Below the pieces are notes generated by a model. That model was not told the DNA's origin and made no database searches. It was given only the letters and a program-made list of their open reading frames with translations. This document shows positions 36,752 to 49,104 of a stretch of DNA of 64,000 nt, in pieces; positions within the stretch are counted from its first letter, which is position 1, and each line of letters begins with the position of its first letter. The position numbers were made by a program, and so were the translations under genes. The stretch lies in assembly GCA_030704615.1 (NCBI GenBank), contig CM060731.1, forward strand, positions 56,110,001-56,174,000. Direction: 5' to 3'. This DNA is from Takakia lepidozioides. Its lineage: Eukaryota; Plantae; Bryophyta.

Positions 36752-39700
36752 TTACTGATTGGGGTTAGCAAACCTTTGTGAGCGAGCACCTTTCTGACGT
36801 TGAGAGTTTCGTGGCGGACTGTGTGTACGAGCCCGAGGTCTGTCACTGGTTGACGGAGATGATTGAACAGTACCTGGATATGTGAGGCCCTCTGGAGGCT
36901 GATATCGAGGTAACCTTTCAGGCATAGGAGACCCCCGTCGCTTCTTCTCTGCCATCTGAATTGCATAGTCTTCTCCCATGTCAAAAGAATCCGCTGAAGA
37001 AACAGTTGTATCAGAATCCTCATCGCCTCTTAGGTGTTTTAATTGTCGAACTTTTTGTGGAATCCTCTGGGGCATACAATGTTGTCCTACCATGTCTGGA
37101 AGTTTATATTTTAAAACTTGTTGTAAACGCTGAATGGCAAAATTGGTGAAGACCCTGAGCTCCTTGTCTGTCCAGGTGAGTGGGGTACCGATGACTTGTG
37201 AATTGTGCAAGTATTTCCATGCCACATGTCCCTTATAGAAAATATCATCAATGCCGAATTTTTGTGTTGACAAATTGTTCCAGGCCGCATGAAACCATGA
37301 ACGAATTTGAGAATCCTTTTGTATCATAACTTTTGCCTCATATAGGTACATATGAGGTGGCACTGAAGAAAGACCCAATGATCCCCACTGGAATAACTCA
37401 GAAAGCGCGATTGCATCTTGTGCTGCTCAATGTGATAACGTACCAGAAAACAAGCAGCGTAGTATAACCCGCATCCCATGACAATACTTGCTACCTCCTT
37501 GGTCTTGGTATAAATGAATCCATGTACAACTTGGAAGACAATTAATTCCTTCAACATGGTACCTGCCTCATGCCAGTACTGTGCAAAGTGATGATCCTCA
37601 ATTGGTCGATTGTTCGGAAGAACTTTAGTTCTAGTTGCCACTGGAAGCCATATGCGCATGATTTGATAGTAATGTGCCAATGACTGCGGAGGACTAAATT
37701 CTTTCCAAACCAAATCCAACACAATGGGAATTTGGTTGAAGGGCATAATCATAGCCCTACTGTACTCTCTTGCAGCTGGAGTTTTAGGTGGGTTAAAAGC
37801 AGCATTTCCCGATACCTCAGACTGTGGTGGTTGTGGTGTGGCTATAGTAACAACAGGATCAGCTACTGGCACAGTGACTTGTTGTGGTGTTGATGGCACT
37901 GGCTCTTGTATCATTGGCATCTCCTGCACCTCCTGTGAAAAAGACTGAAAAGCCAAAGTTCTGGCTTGTAAATAAGAAGCCATTAGCTGTTCCTCAGGTA
38001 TATAGACTCTTTTGTCGATATTTGAAGTGAGGTCCTCCACTTGAGTCTGCAGTCCGTCTACATCGTCCTGTAACTCCGCTATCCTACTATAGACATTGTC
38101 TATAGTAGTTCTGGCAATGTTCTGCACTTGCAGTCTGAGCTCATTCATCTCGCTTTGGGTGAGCTTTCGTGGTCCTTTGCCCTGGCCCTTGTGCTAACCA
38201 GACCTGCATAAGGTGGTTATCCACCAAGTTGCTTGTGGTTCCTCTGAGAGTGTGCTCCTCTCTGAGTTTGTACATATCTAACTGCTGTTGTAAAGCCTCC
38301 ATGCGCTTCGCATGAGGTTCAACCAAATTCGCATAGGCAGCAAGCAGATTATTGGCTTCCTTCCAAGCTCTGTTAGCGACCGAGATTTCATTTCTATTGG
38401 CCATGACCGTTTGTTGCAACTCCAGGATGTGCCTCTCTTCAACCTGCCTGTATTGCTTGAAAGTATCCTCATTGCGACAGATTGTAATCTTCATATCGAC
38501 AATGAGTTGCATTTGCTCAACATTCTCTTCCTCTACCTTCGTACATTTTTCCGCTTGACTGTTTATTTCTTTTGTAGATTGGTCAAGCATAGTTGTGAGT
38601 GTAGCACATTGTATGGCCATCGTGTCATGCACTGTCTGCAACTCCATATGTAGTGCATTCACTTCTTGCAACTTGCTTTCATGCTTCACCTGCATTTGGT
38701 ATAGTTGTTGCTTATGTTCTTCGTGCAAGTGGTCTTGTGCGAGGCCTACCTCAATCAATTGTTCCTTGGCCAATGGCAAAGCCGCTTCTGTACTCTCCAA
38801 GTCTTGCTGCATTTTGAGAGTGACCTCTTCATCGACCTTGTTTGCACACTCTGTGGCAAGTCAAGCCTCAAACTCTTTCCTGAGTTCCTCCCTCAAAGCT
38901 GCCAATTGAGTAGTGGGAACATGGGATTTGACATAAGTACCCACAAATTCAGTGTCCTGCTTATGGAACTCATAAGCATAGCCTGTTGAGGGCTCATCTT
39001 GGTGAGCTTGCTGCGTTCTCCCCTGATCCTCAACAGTTGTGATGCCTTACAAACCATTCAGGCCATTGCCCCACCAGATTTTTCTTCCTGAACCACTTCA
39101 TCCGTCACCGGTGCTGCTGCAGTGTCTTGACATTCTACCTGTGGTACCTCCGTCACAGGTGTGTGTATTATATGCACCGCAGGGTTTCCCCTGGACAATT
39201 GTTGCACCTCCGGAATCACTGTGTCCTTGACTATACCAGAATATTCATAGAGAAGGTCCCCCTTCTCAATTTCTGCCACCACTGTTCTGTAGTGGGAATA
39301 TCTAACCCTTCTTTTTCTAAATCAATTATTTCTGGTTGAACTGCATGGACAACTTTGTGGTAACCTTGTGACAAGCCGATCCTCTGGCTGTGATGGCTGT
39401 GATACTGAAGTAACTTCCTCTTCCCTCTCACAATGTCCTGCTTCCAGTAATAGCAGTTTTCTGTGTGTTGTGCCCCTTCCTGCACAAAAACTTGGGAAAC
39501 ATTATCATGCGGATTCCGTGAAGCCAGTGGATCCGCCACTACAGTCTTTCCCTGCCTCTGTCTCTCTATTCTCGGGTGCCCTGCCAGTCCACCCTCATTG
39601 TTGTGAAGAGCCTTGCTCTTCCATTGCAGTGGTTTCCGGCTCAAACACTCCATCTCCTTTCTTTCTCGCGCATCAGTATGCCAGAATCAAGAAATTATTT

Positions 39701-40400
39701 GCAATGATTGGGCCAGACACTATGATAGGGATTTTGCGGCAGTATCCTGTAATCTTTTCATCTCCTCTACCAGTGCGTTGTACATTATGTCCGCCCATTT
39801 CTACCTCTTTCTCCTCTCAGGCTTTGAGTATTTCCTCTGTTAAGGATCTGCTCAAATCTGTTGGTTCTGTTTCATGGCAAACAGAACGTTCAATACCTGG
39901 CCTACCTCCTTAGCCCCTGGGTACACGCTTTGTACAAGCATAACCCTGAGTTTTAAAAAGAAAATCCCTTTTTTTCTTGGGAATAAGTCCCCTATTTGCA
40001 GTCTGCCCTGTGCTCCTCCACATGCACTTGACCTGCTGGCAATCGAAACAATTGCTGTAGGTATAGGGGAGTAATTACTAATTCAACTCACTCTTCACCG
40101 TTTTGCTCCTGTCATGGCTCAAAGTTCTTGCAAGATTGTAACATTGTACTGTTTATGTGCAATGTCCAATCTTTGCTTTGCAATCCTTGCAATCGCAGCT
40201 CTTCAGTAACTGTAACCTGCCTGTGGAGTAGCAATCATTTGTTTCTGCAGGATTGTGATGCTCTTCATCCTGATTTCTTCCATTCCTCTCACTCTCTTCA
40301 TTCCTAGACCCACAGAAATTATTTTGGGCTGTAACAATTGAAGAAATTGCCTGTAGTGCACAAAGCAAAACGTATGGTTGCCAACAAAAAGCTATGGGTA
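36752..40400 (-). pseudogene. Extra sense-strand ORF downstream of pol (coiled coil plus unknown globular C-terminal domain), frameshifted
   Basis: ORF pieces 38141-38812, 37324-38148, 36752-37378; homologous to 6040-8750. Confidence 0.7.
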
Positions 40401-41479
40401 ATTTCTTGTAAGCCTGCGGGCTTGCAAGCATCGCTCAAGAGAAAAGATTCCGCTCCTGTTCTTTCGTCCCTATGATGCCACTGCGTAAGTAATATTGCGA
40501 GCGTATAGTCTGTTAGTTCCTCCATAGCTTCAAAGCTATAGCATTGATGGTGGTCCCGTCGAGACGCCCGTTACTTTAAACTCAGAACGCGCCGACTCTT
40601 GCGCTTAATTTCCCTCCAATTTCGTTAATCCCTTCTCTGGCTTTCTATTGGCTGTAACCGCTGTGACTGGATTTGTAGAGATTTAATTTTCTTAGTGGAC
40701 TCTCCTGCTGCTGGACTGTCCACTAGGATTACACATGTGACAAGAATTTCGTTTCCTGTACTTGCCGTTTGTGTCTGTTGCCCCTTTTGTATCATTAATG
40801 GGCCCGCCATTCATCCAATTTGATGCGCTGATTAGGTATTTGAACGCCATTCTTGTCCTCTTCTTGATGACATCCGTTTCTTGCACTTCTTTCTCAGCTG
40901 TGTGTTGCGCCCTGACTTCCACGTGTCCCTTTCTAACTGGCTTCCGTCCTTTCTTCCGTGCGGCCATTCACCGAAGTTATCCTGCGGCCACCGGTCCTCT
41001 GATTCTATGGATTGTGTAACCCTAGTAGGCTGTTTAAGCTGTACAGCTGTGTCATACTGTGGTATCCGTGATAGGTTGTGATACATGTGGTACTGTGATA
41101 GGCTGTGACACGCTGTGGTGGTCGTGATAGCTGTGTTGCGCGTGCTGGGCTATGATTGCTTTGTCGCTTCGTATGGGCTGTGATAAGCTGTGTCCGTCGT
41201 GACTGGCTTGATTAGGCTGTGTCGCGCCTTGATGTCGTGATAGGTTGTGTCGGTCCGTTGTGATGGCTGTGATAGGCTGTTCTCGCGTGATGGGCTGTAT
41301 AGGCGTGTCACGCTTCGTTCTGCCCGCCCTGGTCATATATGCTCGGCCAGCTACAAGTGCGCCATACTCCTTTGGTAACACTGGCGCAGCCCGTGACTGC
41401 TCTTTTTCTTGCGTTTCAACATGCCAAATCATGCTGCAATGGTTTGTCATGGATACCACTGTACCCCTTCAACTTATTG

Positions 41480-44400
41480 GCATTGACTCTTCCCAGCATT
41501 TATTTGTTAATGGTTTGTAACATGGCGGTGTTGTTTATCATACTCTTGTATGACATAAGGTCCTTTCCATGGTGATTTAAGCTTAGAAGCTTTAATCTTT
41601 CCTTTCTTCTGCAACCATAGAACCAAATATCTCTCGTCTTAAAGTTTTTAACTTGCCCTCATCAAACTGTTCCTTCCTCTTCATCTGAATTCTGGTCATA
41701 TTATCAGCTGCATCAGCGTACTTCTTTACATGGTGGTATAATTCATGTTTCCTGACCTTTAATGGAATCTTGCAATTCCATTCTCTTTCCCCATTCCGTT
41801 CTCAGGTAGGTAACAGGAATTCCACTGGAAGTAAGGCTTCCATACCATACCTAATTGGAATGGTGTATTGCACAACTAGTGGTTTGACTTTATTATGAAG
41901 TCCTGTATGACCACCAAAGCTGCTCAGTGTCAGAGCTTTGTATCCCAATAGTTCGCTTCTGTTTGCATTGACTATCTTAGCCAAAGATAGTACATAGTAT
42001 GTTTGTGGTAGCCTCTCTGCCCATTACCCCCTGTTACCTGTGGGTAATATGTTGTACTCTTCCTATGCACAATCATGAACTCTTTAGTCACAATTCAATG
42101 GTCTCATTAATGAAGTGACTTCCTGATCACTGATAAATTCCAAGGGACAGCCAAATCGTGTAGTATGTTCTCATACAGAAACCTTGCTGTGGACTTGGCT
42201 GTGTTGTTCCTCAAAGCTTTAGCTTCCACCCACTTCATAGTATAATCAGTGGCTGTAATTATGTACCTGTTCTGTGTATTCTTGGCTGGTGGTTAATTGT
42301 CCAACAAAGTCTAGTCCCCATTTCTGAAATGGTTCCGTAGGCATTGTAGATGCAAAGACATTTTCCCAGATCTCTGCAAAGGTCCTAGCCTCTGACATCA
42401 TCACAACTGACAATACTTGTGTACATCTTTGAACAAAGTAGGCCACCAGTAACCTGCATGTAGTATTTTCTGCTGGTAGTCTCTTCTCCAAAATGACCTC
42501 CTGCCACTCCTATGAACTTCCTCCAAAACTTTATAACTTCATGGTGGTATAAGCATCAGTTCAACACTCCATCTGGTCCTAGCTTATACATTCTGCTCCC
42601 TACCATAGTGTAAGGTAGAGCCTTGATAGCAATTCTCTTTCTCTGCTCCTTTCCATAACTTGGTGGGCACTGACCATGAGCAAGGTAGTATCTGATTGGC
42701 CACTGCCAATCTAACCAGTCATCTGCACTTCCCTGCACCTCCACTTTAAATAGACTCGCATCTGGTAATTGATCATCTACTCCCGTGGCTGGTTCTCCTG
42801 TTGATAACCTTGACAAGTGATCCGCCACAAGATGCAGTCTCAGGCTTGTAAACAATCTCGAAACTCAAACTCGTGCAAGATTATTAACCATCTTGCTATT
42901 CTCCGCTTATCAGAGGTTTGTTTACCAGGTATATCAGAGCTGGTGATCCACATAGAACAATAAACTTCTTGCCCAAAAGGTAATGCCTGAATTTCTTCAC
43001 TGCATAGATCATTGCCAATGCTTCTCTTTCGTTGTGCTATAATTTCTTTCGGCATTGTTCATCAATCGGCTAGCATAGTACACAGGTGAATCTATCCTTC
43101 TGTTACATTTGGGCAACACTGCTCTCCTAGTGCTTCTCCAGAAGCATCACAGTGAACATGAAACATTTCCTGCCATGCGAGGACTAATCAGCACAGGTCT
43201 TGTAGTTGTTACTGACAATGTAAGTTCCTCAAAAGCCTGTTGACATTCAGGTGTCCATGCAAACACTGCATCTTTCTTCAAAGTTTGCTCAATGGTGCTG
43301 CTATCTGTGCATACCGTCTGAACAAATCTTCTGTAATAGCTGGTTTTGTCCAAGGAATCTCCTTAGACTCTTATCATTCACTGGTGGTGGAGAGGCTTTA
43401 ATGGCCTCTGTTTTCCTGGGATCCACAAGAAGTCCCCTCTTACACACATGTGTCCCAGAAGCACCCCTGAGTTCACACAGAAAGTACACTTCTCTGATTC
43501 AGGCCCAGACCTCTCATCCTGCATGGCCCAACATAACTCCAATTTATGTAAGTGCTCATTCTTAGAGCTGTGTACACACTGAAATCATCCAAGAATACCT
43601 GCATGAAATCATCTAGATACTCATGAAAGATTCACTTATCACTCTCTGAAAGGTCGCTGGTGCATTACAAAGTCCAAAGGGCATGACTTTGTATGCATAA
43701 GCACCCCAGTCTGTGATGAAAGCTGTTTTTTCCTTGGTCTTCTTCTGCCACTTGCACTTGATTATAACCACTGAAGCCATCCATGAATGAGTACATTCTC
43801 ATGCTTGCCACAGTGTCCAATACTGCTTTGTGAATGGCAAGGGAAAGATCTTTCTTCGTACAAGCATTCAGCTTCTTGTAGTTCACACAAACTCTAGTTT
43901 ACCATTCTTCTTGGGAACTATCACAATGGGTGACAACCAAGTTGTATACTCTATTGGGTATATAAACTTAGCCTCAGCCAATTCTTGATCTCTTCTCCAA
44001 CCTTCTGTGTAGTAGTGGATTCATTCTGTACCTTGCCTGCTTGATTGGTACTGACACCGGTTCCAGTTCAATCTTATGCTGACAGAATTCAGGTGGTATC
44101 CCTTTTAAATCCTCATAGCTCCAAGCAAATACATCTTTGTATTTGATGAACAAACTCTTAGCTTCTTCAAAGAATTGGCTCCAAATCAGCTCCTACTTTC
44201 ACCATCCTCGGTTTCTCTTTAGTTCCCACATTCACTTCCCTCACTTGCTCATCAGCTGTGATTGTCCAACCAGTCACCACTTCATCCTGTAAATCACAGT
44301 GGCAGTGGTTGGTCCTCTAGGATTTCCATTTCTCCTTCTTTTTCTTCATAGAAATGTGATGGGTAACTGCTGGTTTCCTCTTCAATCGTGTGGTTGTTGA

Positions 44401-45400
44401 CACTACACCACAGCAGATACCCTTAAACAACTTAGGCCTTCCAGTCGCATCTCTGCAACCTGCTCCACTCCGGGTGTGCAGCAAACAGGGTAGCTTCCTG
44501 CTCCTCATCCAGTCCTTCCTCTCCAGTCATACTCTCTGACTCTCGAGGTCTTCTCGTAGCAGGTAATCTACTAGATTCTTTGTGGTAATTTGTATCTCGT
44601 GTATCCCATATGCACGGTTAGTAACTGAGAATTCCAGTCATGGAATACCCTGGCCTGTTTCAGCCACGGACGTCCCAATAATAAGGAGTAAGCCTCCATG
44701 CTTCATCCATCTTCAACACAATTACTGTGATCATAAAGATCATCTTCTGTATCTGTTCTTAACTCCTCTTATTAATCCCAATGGCTGTACACTTCTTTGA
44801 TCTGCCATTGTTACTGTAAATGGGGCTGGTTTCATGTTACTTAGACCAAGCTTCTTTCTTAATTGGTCTGTCATGATATTTACTCCAGAACCTCCATCTA
44901 TCAGTACATCAGTAGTTCTGTGCTTCCAATTCTCAATTGGATTACTGGCATAGAATCATCAAAGTCCATGACTGTTTCTCGCCCTTCCGGCTTCACATTA
45001 TAACTGGTCACCTGCTGTTAGGTCTGTGTTTCCTGTCTCCTGGGCAATTCGATTGATTGCTTGATACAGCCTGTGCCTACAATAAGGTGCCACAGTCAAT
45101 AGTTGTCAATGGTAATCTCTGCTTTGGTCTGGCATTTACTTCAGCAAAGTTCTTCATTACTTTGCATGTCTGCATCTTCTTTCTCCTTCATCCTCACTCA
45201 CTTCTTCTTATCCATCTGAATTAGAAGATCTGCCACAGGAATATCATACTCTTTGCATTTCCTTATGGTATCTGCCACTTCCTTGTGCAGTTCTTTCATC
45301 TCTCCAAGCCTCATCATCATCAGGCATATCATGTCACCTTCATTATCATCTCTCCTCTTTACTACTGGAGGTATTAGTTTGGCTTTACTTCTTGTTACTA
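41480..45400 (-). pseudogene. pol: pol polyprotein (protease, RT, RNase H, integrase), many frameshifts
   Basis: VLIDGGSGVNI (~44878-44910), [69 protein letters not shown]. Confidence 0.92.
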
Positions 45401-45419
45401 TCATTGTACTTACTTCTGG

Positions 45420-47438
45420 GACAACACATGGCCTCTACCATGTGAGCTGGCACCACTGGGCCCTCATTCACAGGAGCTCTCATCTAGTTCTGGTGTCTAA
45501 TCAGAATGAACAGGCTGCCTTGCATGTCCTGGCTGATTACAATAGTAACATAGTTCTACACCATTGGGACCTCGCCCTGGTCTGCTCTTGGATTATTTCT
45601 GTATCCTGATTCCCGGGCTGGTAATTCCCCTTGGATTACTGATAGTTTGCCTCTGGAATTTCTTGGTATTTTCCTCTTGAATTACCTCTCCCTTCATGCC
45701 ATTGTTATAACCACCAGACCTACCATAGTGGGTCCTGATCATTGTTTCTTCTTGGCTGGGGCATGCACCTGAGCACCCTTACTGCCTAGGTTCTCTTGCA
45801 GATGTCCTTCTGTTGTAGTAACAATTCTCAGTAGAATGGTTATCCATTTTACAGATAGTACAGTGTTTCTCCTTCATGTGGCATTCGGCTGGTGGTATGG
45901 CCGTAATTCTGGCACTTTGCACACCATACACCCTTTCTCCAATGTGTTGCAGCCTCTGTGGCATACTTCTTCAAGATTTATTCCAATCTTTTCTCATAGT
46001 TATCCCTCTTCAACTTCTCCTTTCTCTTACTCTTCCTTTTTAGTTCTTGCTCTTCTTCTTCATCTGACTCATCCTCAGAGTCCTCATCATCCCTTTTCTC
46101 TCTCCTAGCATTCCCAATTGCTCAATTCTGTTTGCAGTTTCAAATGCCTCCTCCACTGTATTATGGGGTAACATATCCACTTTCTTTTGCAACTCTGGTC
46201 TTAGTCCACTCACAAACCAAGTCTTCTGTAAACCTGGTGCTGGTACTGCAGCCAGCTTTTTCATCATCAATTCCATCAATTCCATATACTCCTCAACAGT
46301 TTCATGCTTCTTTTGCTTTAATTGTTGTAAACTTCCATACACTTCATCCTCAGTTTTACTTGTCCTGAACCTATTTCGGAATGCTGTATTCAAGCCATTC
46401 CAGGTAGCAAGTGAATGGTATGCAAGATTCCCTGATAATCATTTCCTTTCTTTATAAGTGAACAAGGAAACAATCTCATCTTGGCATCATCGCCGTTCTC
46501 ATTGTTCACTATACACATGTGCTCAAATTGGCTAATGTGTACATCGGGATCCCCTTTTCCTGAATATATTGAAAAGGTGGTTTTGCCCGTGTTGGTTGTA
46601 ACGCCATCTGTGGCCCTACCTTCTGCCCACTGACAGGTGCTGGCACCCTTGCCGGTGCTGGTCCTTCTGGACCTGTTGTTGTTGTGGTGGATCTTCCACC
46701 AAGTGGTGGCCCTTGAGCACTCCCTGCTTCTGGCCCCACGATATTCACAGTATTCCCAGCTTCAGTTGCACTACTTCCCACACTCCCTGTCCCCCCAGAG
46801 CCAGATCCAGGCAGCCCGCCCGATCCCCCAGAACCGACACCTTCGTTGGCCTGTGATCCAAGTGCTCCACTTGATCTAGGTCCAACGGGTTGGGATGTCC
46901 TGGTTGTAGTCTCAACCTCAGCTGTTGGGTCTACTTCTTCATATTCTTCCTCTTCCAATTTCTTCTCTCTGTTTTCATCCTCCAAGTTCTGCCCTTGGGT
47001 TTCTTCTTCACTCATGTAACTCAACTGCAATGGTGTTGGAGAGTCTGAACTCTCCGTTGGCTCTGCCACATCCTCTCCTCCTTCTTCACCTTCCGCTTCA
47101 GAAACTGAAGTTCCTGCTTTTGGTGTTCCATGCCAACTCTTATCAAAGATTTCTGTCAAATCTTTTATCCAGGGATGTACCTCAGATCTTTGACCTCGTG
47201 ATTGATCTTCTTCCCGTACCAATTCCCTTAATCTTTCTTGCAAAGAAACAGAAGGAGTGGCATCCAACTCTAGTTCTTCCAGTATGGGTGATGTACTCTT
47301 TGATCTTAATGGTGTGAGAGGTCCAGATGATTCCCCTATGTCTATTCCTCTCTCCCAAAGATATGGATAATTAGCTTTCAGATAGCCTTCTCTCTTTGCT
47401 GAATATCTCTGGCGTCTAGCTTCTCTTTCATCACTCAT
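45420..47438 (-). pseudogene. gag: gag (acidic/Gly-rich N-terminus, capsid, CCHC knuckle), frameshifted
   Basis: LKQKKHETVEEY...FVSGLRPEL; CTICKMDNHSTENC. Confidence 0.88.
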
Positions 47439-47460
47439 GTCCCATGTCTTTCATTTCTTT

Positions 47461-48156
47461 TTAATGTGGCAATAACCAAAACTCTCTTCTGTAATATCTC
47501 TCATATATGACTGGGTTTCTTTCAAGCTTCAATGCACCCTTGGCTATACTTGAAGTCTCCGTTACCATATAACCATATGGCAAACAAGTCTGGAAAGCTG
47601 TTCTTGGTGTGAGTTTGATCCACAAAATATCCTTTGGAATCCAATTCTTTACCAGTACAAGCTCTTCATGCATATGAGTATAAACATTCACCTTTCTTTC
47701 CTCCCAGCCTTCAAACTCTACTCGCTTAATGGATAGCAATGCTATCACATAAACCAATGTTGGTAACCAACGTGCTCTTCCTCTATAGGCCACCTGATAA
47801 ATCTTTATCACTCCTTTCTCCAGACCCCACTCAGGGTCAACATCATGCACTCTCTTAAGAATGTTTTCTTTACAACCGTCTGGCAATTCCAAAAACCTCT
47901 GGAAGAATCGTTTGGACAATCTTTCCTTCTTAGTTTCACAAGGAATTTGATTCACATCAAATTCTTTAATTCTCCAACCACCATGATCCCACCAGATGCC
48001 TGTCACATCTGGTTGTTCATGACCCAGTTCCCCAGTATGGTCGCCAAATGTCGCGCGGCTTTTACTCACCCATCCCTTCGCTATCCGAGGCGGAAACTCC
48101 AAGATAGAAGAGTTGGAAATCTCTAAGTACTCAGCCCGCTCAGAACAATCAGTCAT
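47461..48156 (-). CDS. Uninterrupted 231-aa ORF upstream of gag, starting in the LTR; function unknown
   Basis: Open from ATG 48156 through the LTR end and PBS to stop 47461, just before the gag ATG (47438). Confidence 0.5.
   Translation of the reverse strand: MTDCSERAEYLEISNSSILEFPPRIAKGWVSKSRATFGDHTGELGHEQPDVTGIWWDHGGWRIKEFDVNQIPCETKKERLSKRFFQRFLELPDGCKENILKRVHDVDPEWGLEKGVIKIYQVAYRGRARWLPTLVYVIALLSIKRVEFEGWEERKVNVYTHMHEELVLVKNWIPKDILWIKLTPRTAFQTCLPYGYMVTETSSIAKGALKLERNPVIYERYYRREFWLLPH
48029..48046 (-). promoter_or_regulatory. Primer-binding site TGGCGACCATACTGGGGA (tRNA-Arg-like)
   Basis: 2 nt after the LTR CA end; begins TGG; resembles the complement of plant tRNA-Arg 3' ends. Confidence 0.8.
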
Positions 48157-49104
48157 GACCTACAGCTAGTGTATCATGGGGGTGTTTCCTATTTGTTTTC
48201 CTTCCCGCATTCATGTTAGCTAGTTACCTTACTGCTGGTAATTAAGTATCAGTTTGCTTCATCAATCTATCGAACTCCATCAACTCATCCATTCATTCCA
48301 CAACTTCACTCAGATCTCTCTACACAGTGTGAGTATGAAGTGTGTATCAGATTAATATCTATCAAGTATCAGGCTGAAGCCACAGAGTCTCTAATCTGCT
48401 CTACATTACAATTCTACTGCTTGCATTCATTAAGCATCAACAGATCCTCCTCCTACTCCGTGCTCTCCCTCTTTCTGCTCAGAGATACGCTCTCTCCTCG
48501 TTTCCCCCAGCGATGTCCGAAATTCCTCCAAAAAGTGATCCTCCCACTCCTTCCAGCAGCGATTCCCCAAGAAGTGATCCAAGAATTGATCATTTTCCAG
48601 TCCTTGCTCCTAGCTTTATCTTCCTACCCGTTGTTCTAACTGTTTCCCTCACTAACCGTCATTCGTGAACTAACATGTTCCCTTCGCAGGTGTTGTTCCC
48701 CACAGTCGTTCCCTGTCCTGCTATCCGTTCCCTATGGTCGTGACAGCTGTGTCAAGTTGTGACTGGCTGTGTGAAACTGTGACCGGCTGTGACCGGCTGT
48801 GTCGGGCTGTGACTGGTTGTGTGACTGTGTTGGGCTGTGACTGGCTGTGTGGCTGTTTTGGGCTGTGTCGGACTGTGACGACTGTGACGACTGTGTTGGC
48901 TGTGTCGGACTGTGACGGACTGTGACGGGCTGTGTTGACTGTGATGGGCTGTGTCGGCTGTGCCGGACTGTGACGGGCTGTGTAATCCCCCCTAAAGTGC
49001 GCTGTTGTCACCCCTAAGGCTCCTGTTGGTCTCAGTCTGTGCAAAAATTAAGGGTACCCCACAGATCCCGTATAAGTGTCTAAGTCCCAGACAGTCCTCT
49101 AACA
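48049..49104 (-). repeat. 5' LTR of Gypsy-2 (1056 bp) with internal TCACAGCC/ACACAGCC repeats
   Basis: TG...CA on the minus strand, followed by the PBS. Confidence 0.95.

Larger units (their letters stand above)
36752..49104 (-). mobile_element. Gypsy-2, non-chromovirus Ty3/Gypsy LTR retrotransposon (Athila/Phygy-like) with extra 5' and 3' ORFs
   Basis: 5' LTR, PBS, gag, and PR-RT-RH-INT order; no chromodomain or additional RNase H seen. Confidence 0.92.

Noticed and set aside
35292-49104. Element with 1-kb terminal inverted repeats (DIRS/Polinton/foldback-like)
   Set aside because: The repeats have TG..CA ends, a PBS and a PPT, and the interior is ordinary Gypsy with a DDE integrase; better explained by an inverted 3' LTR.
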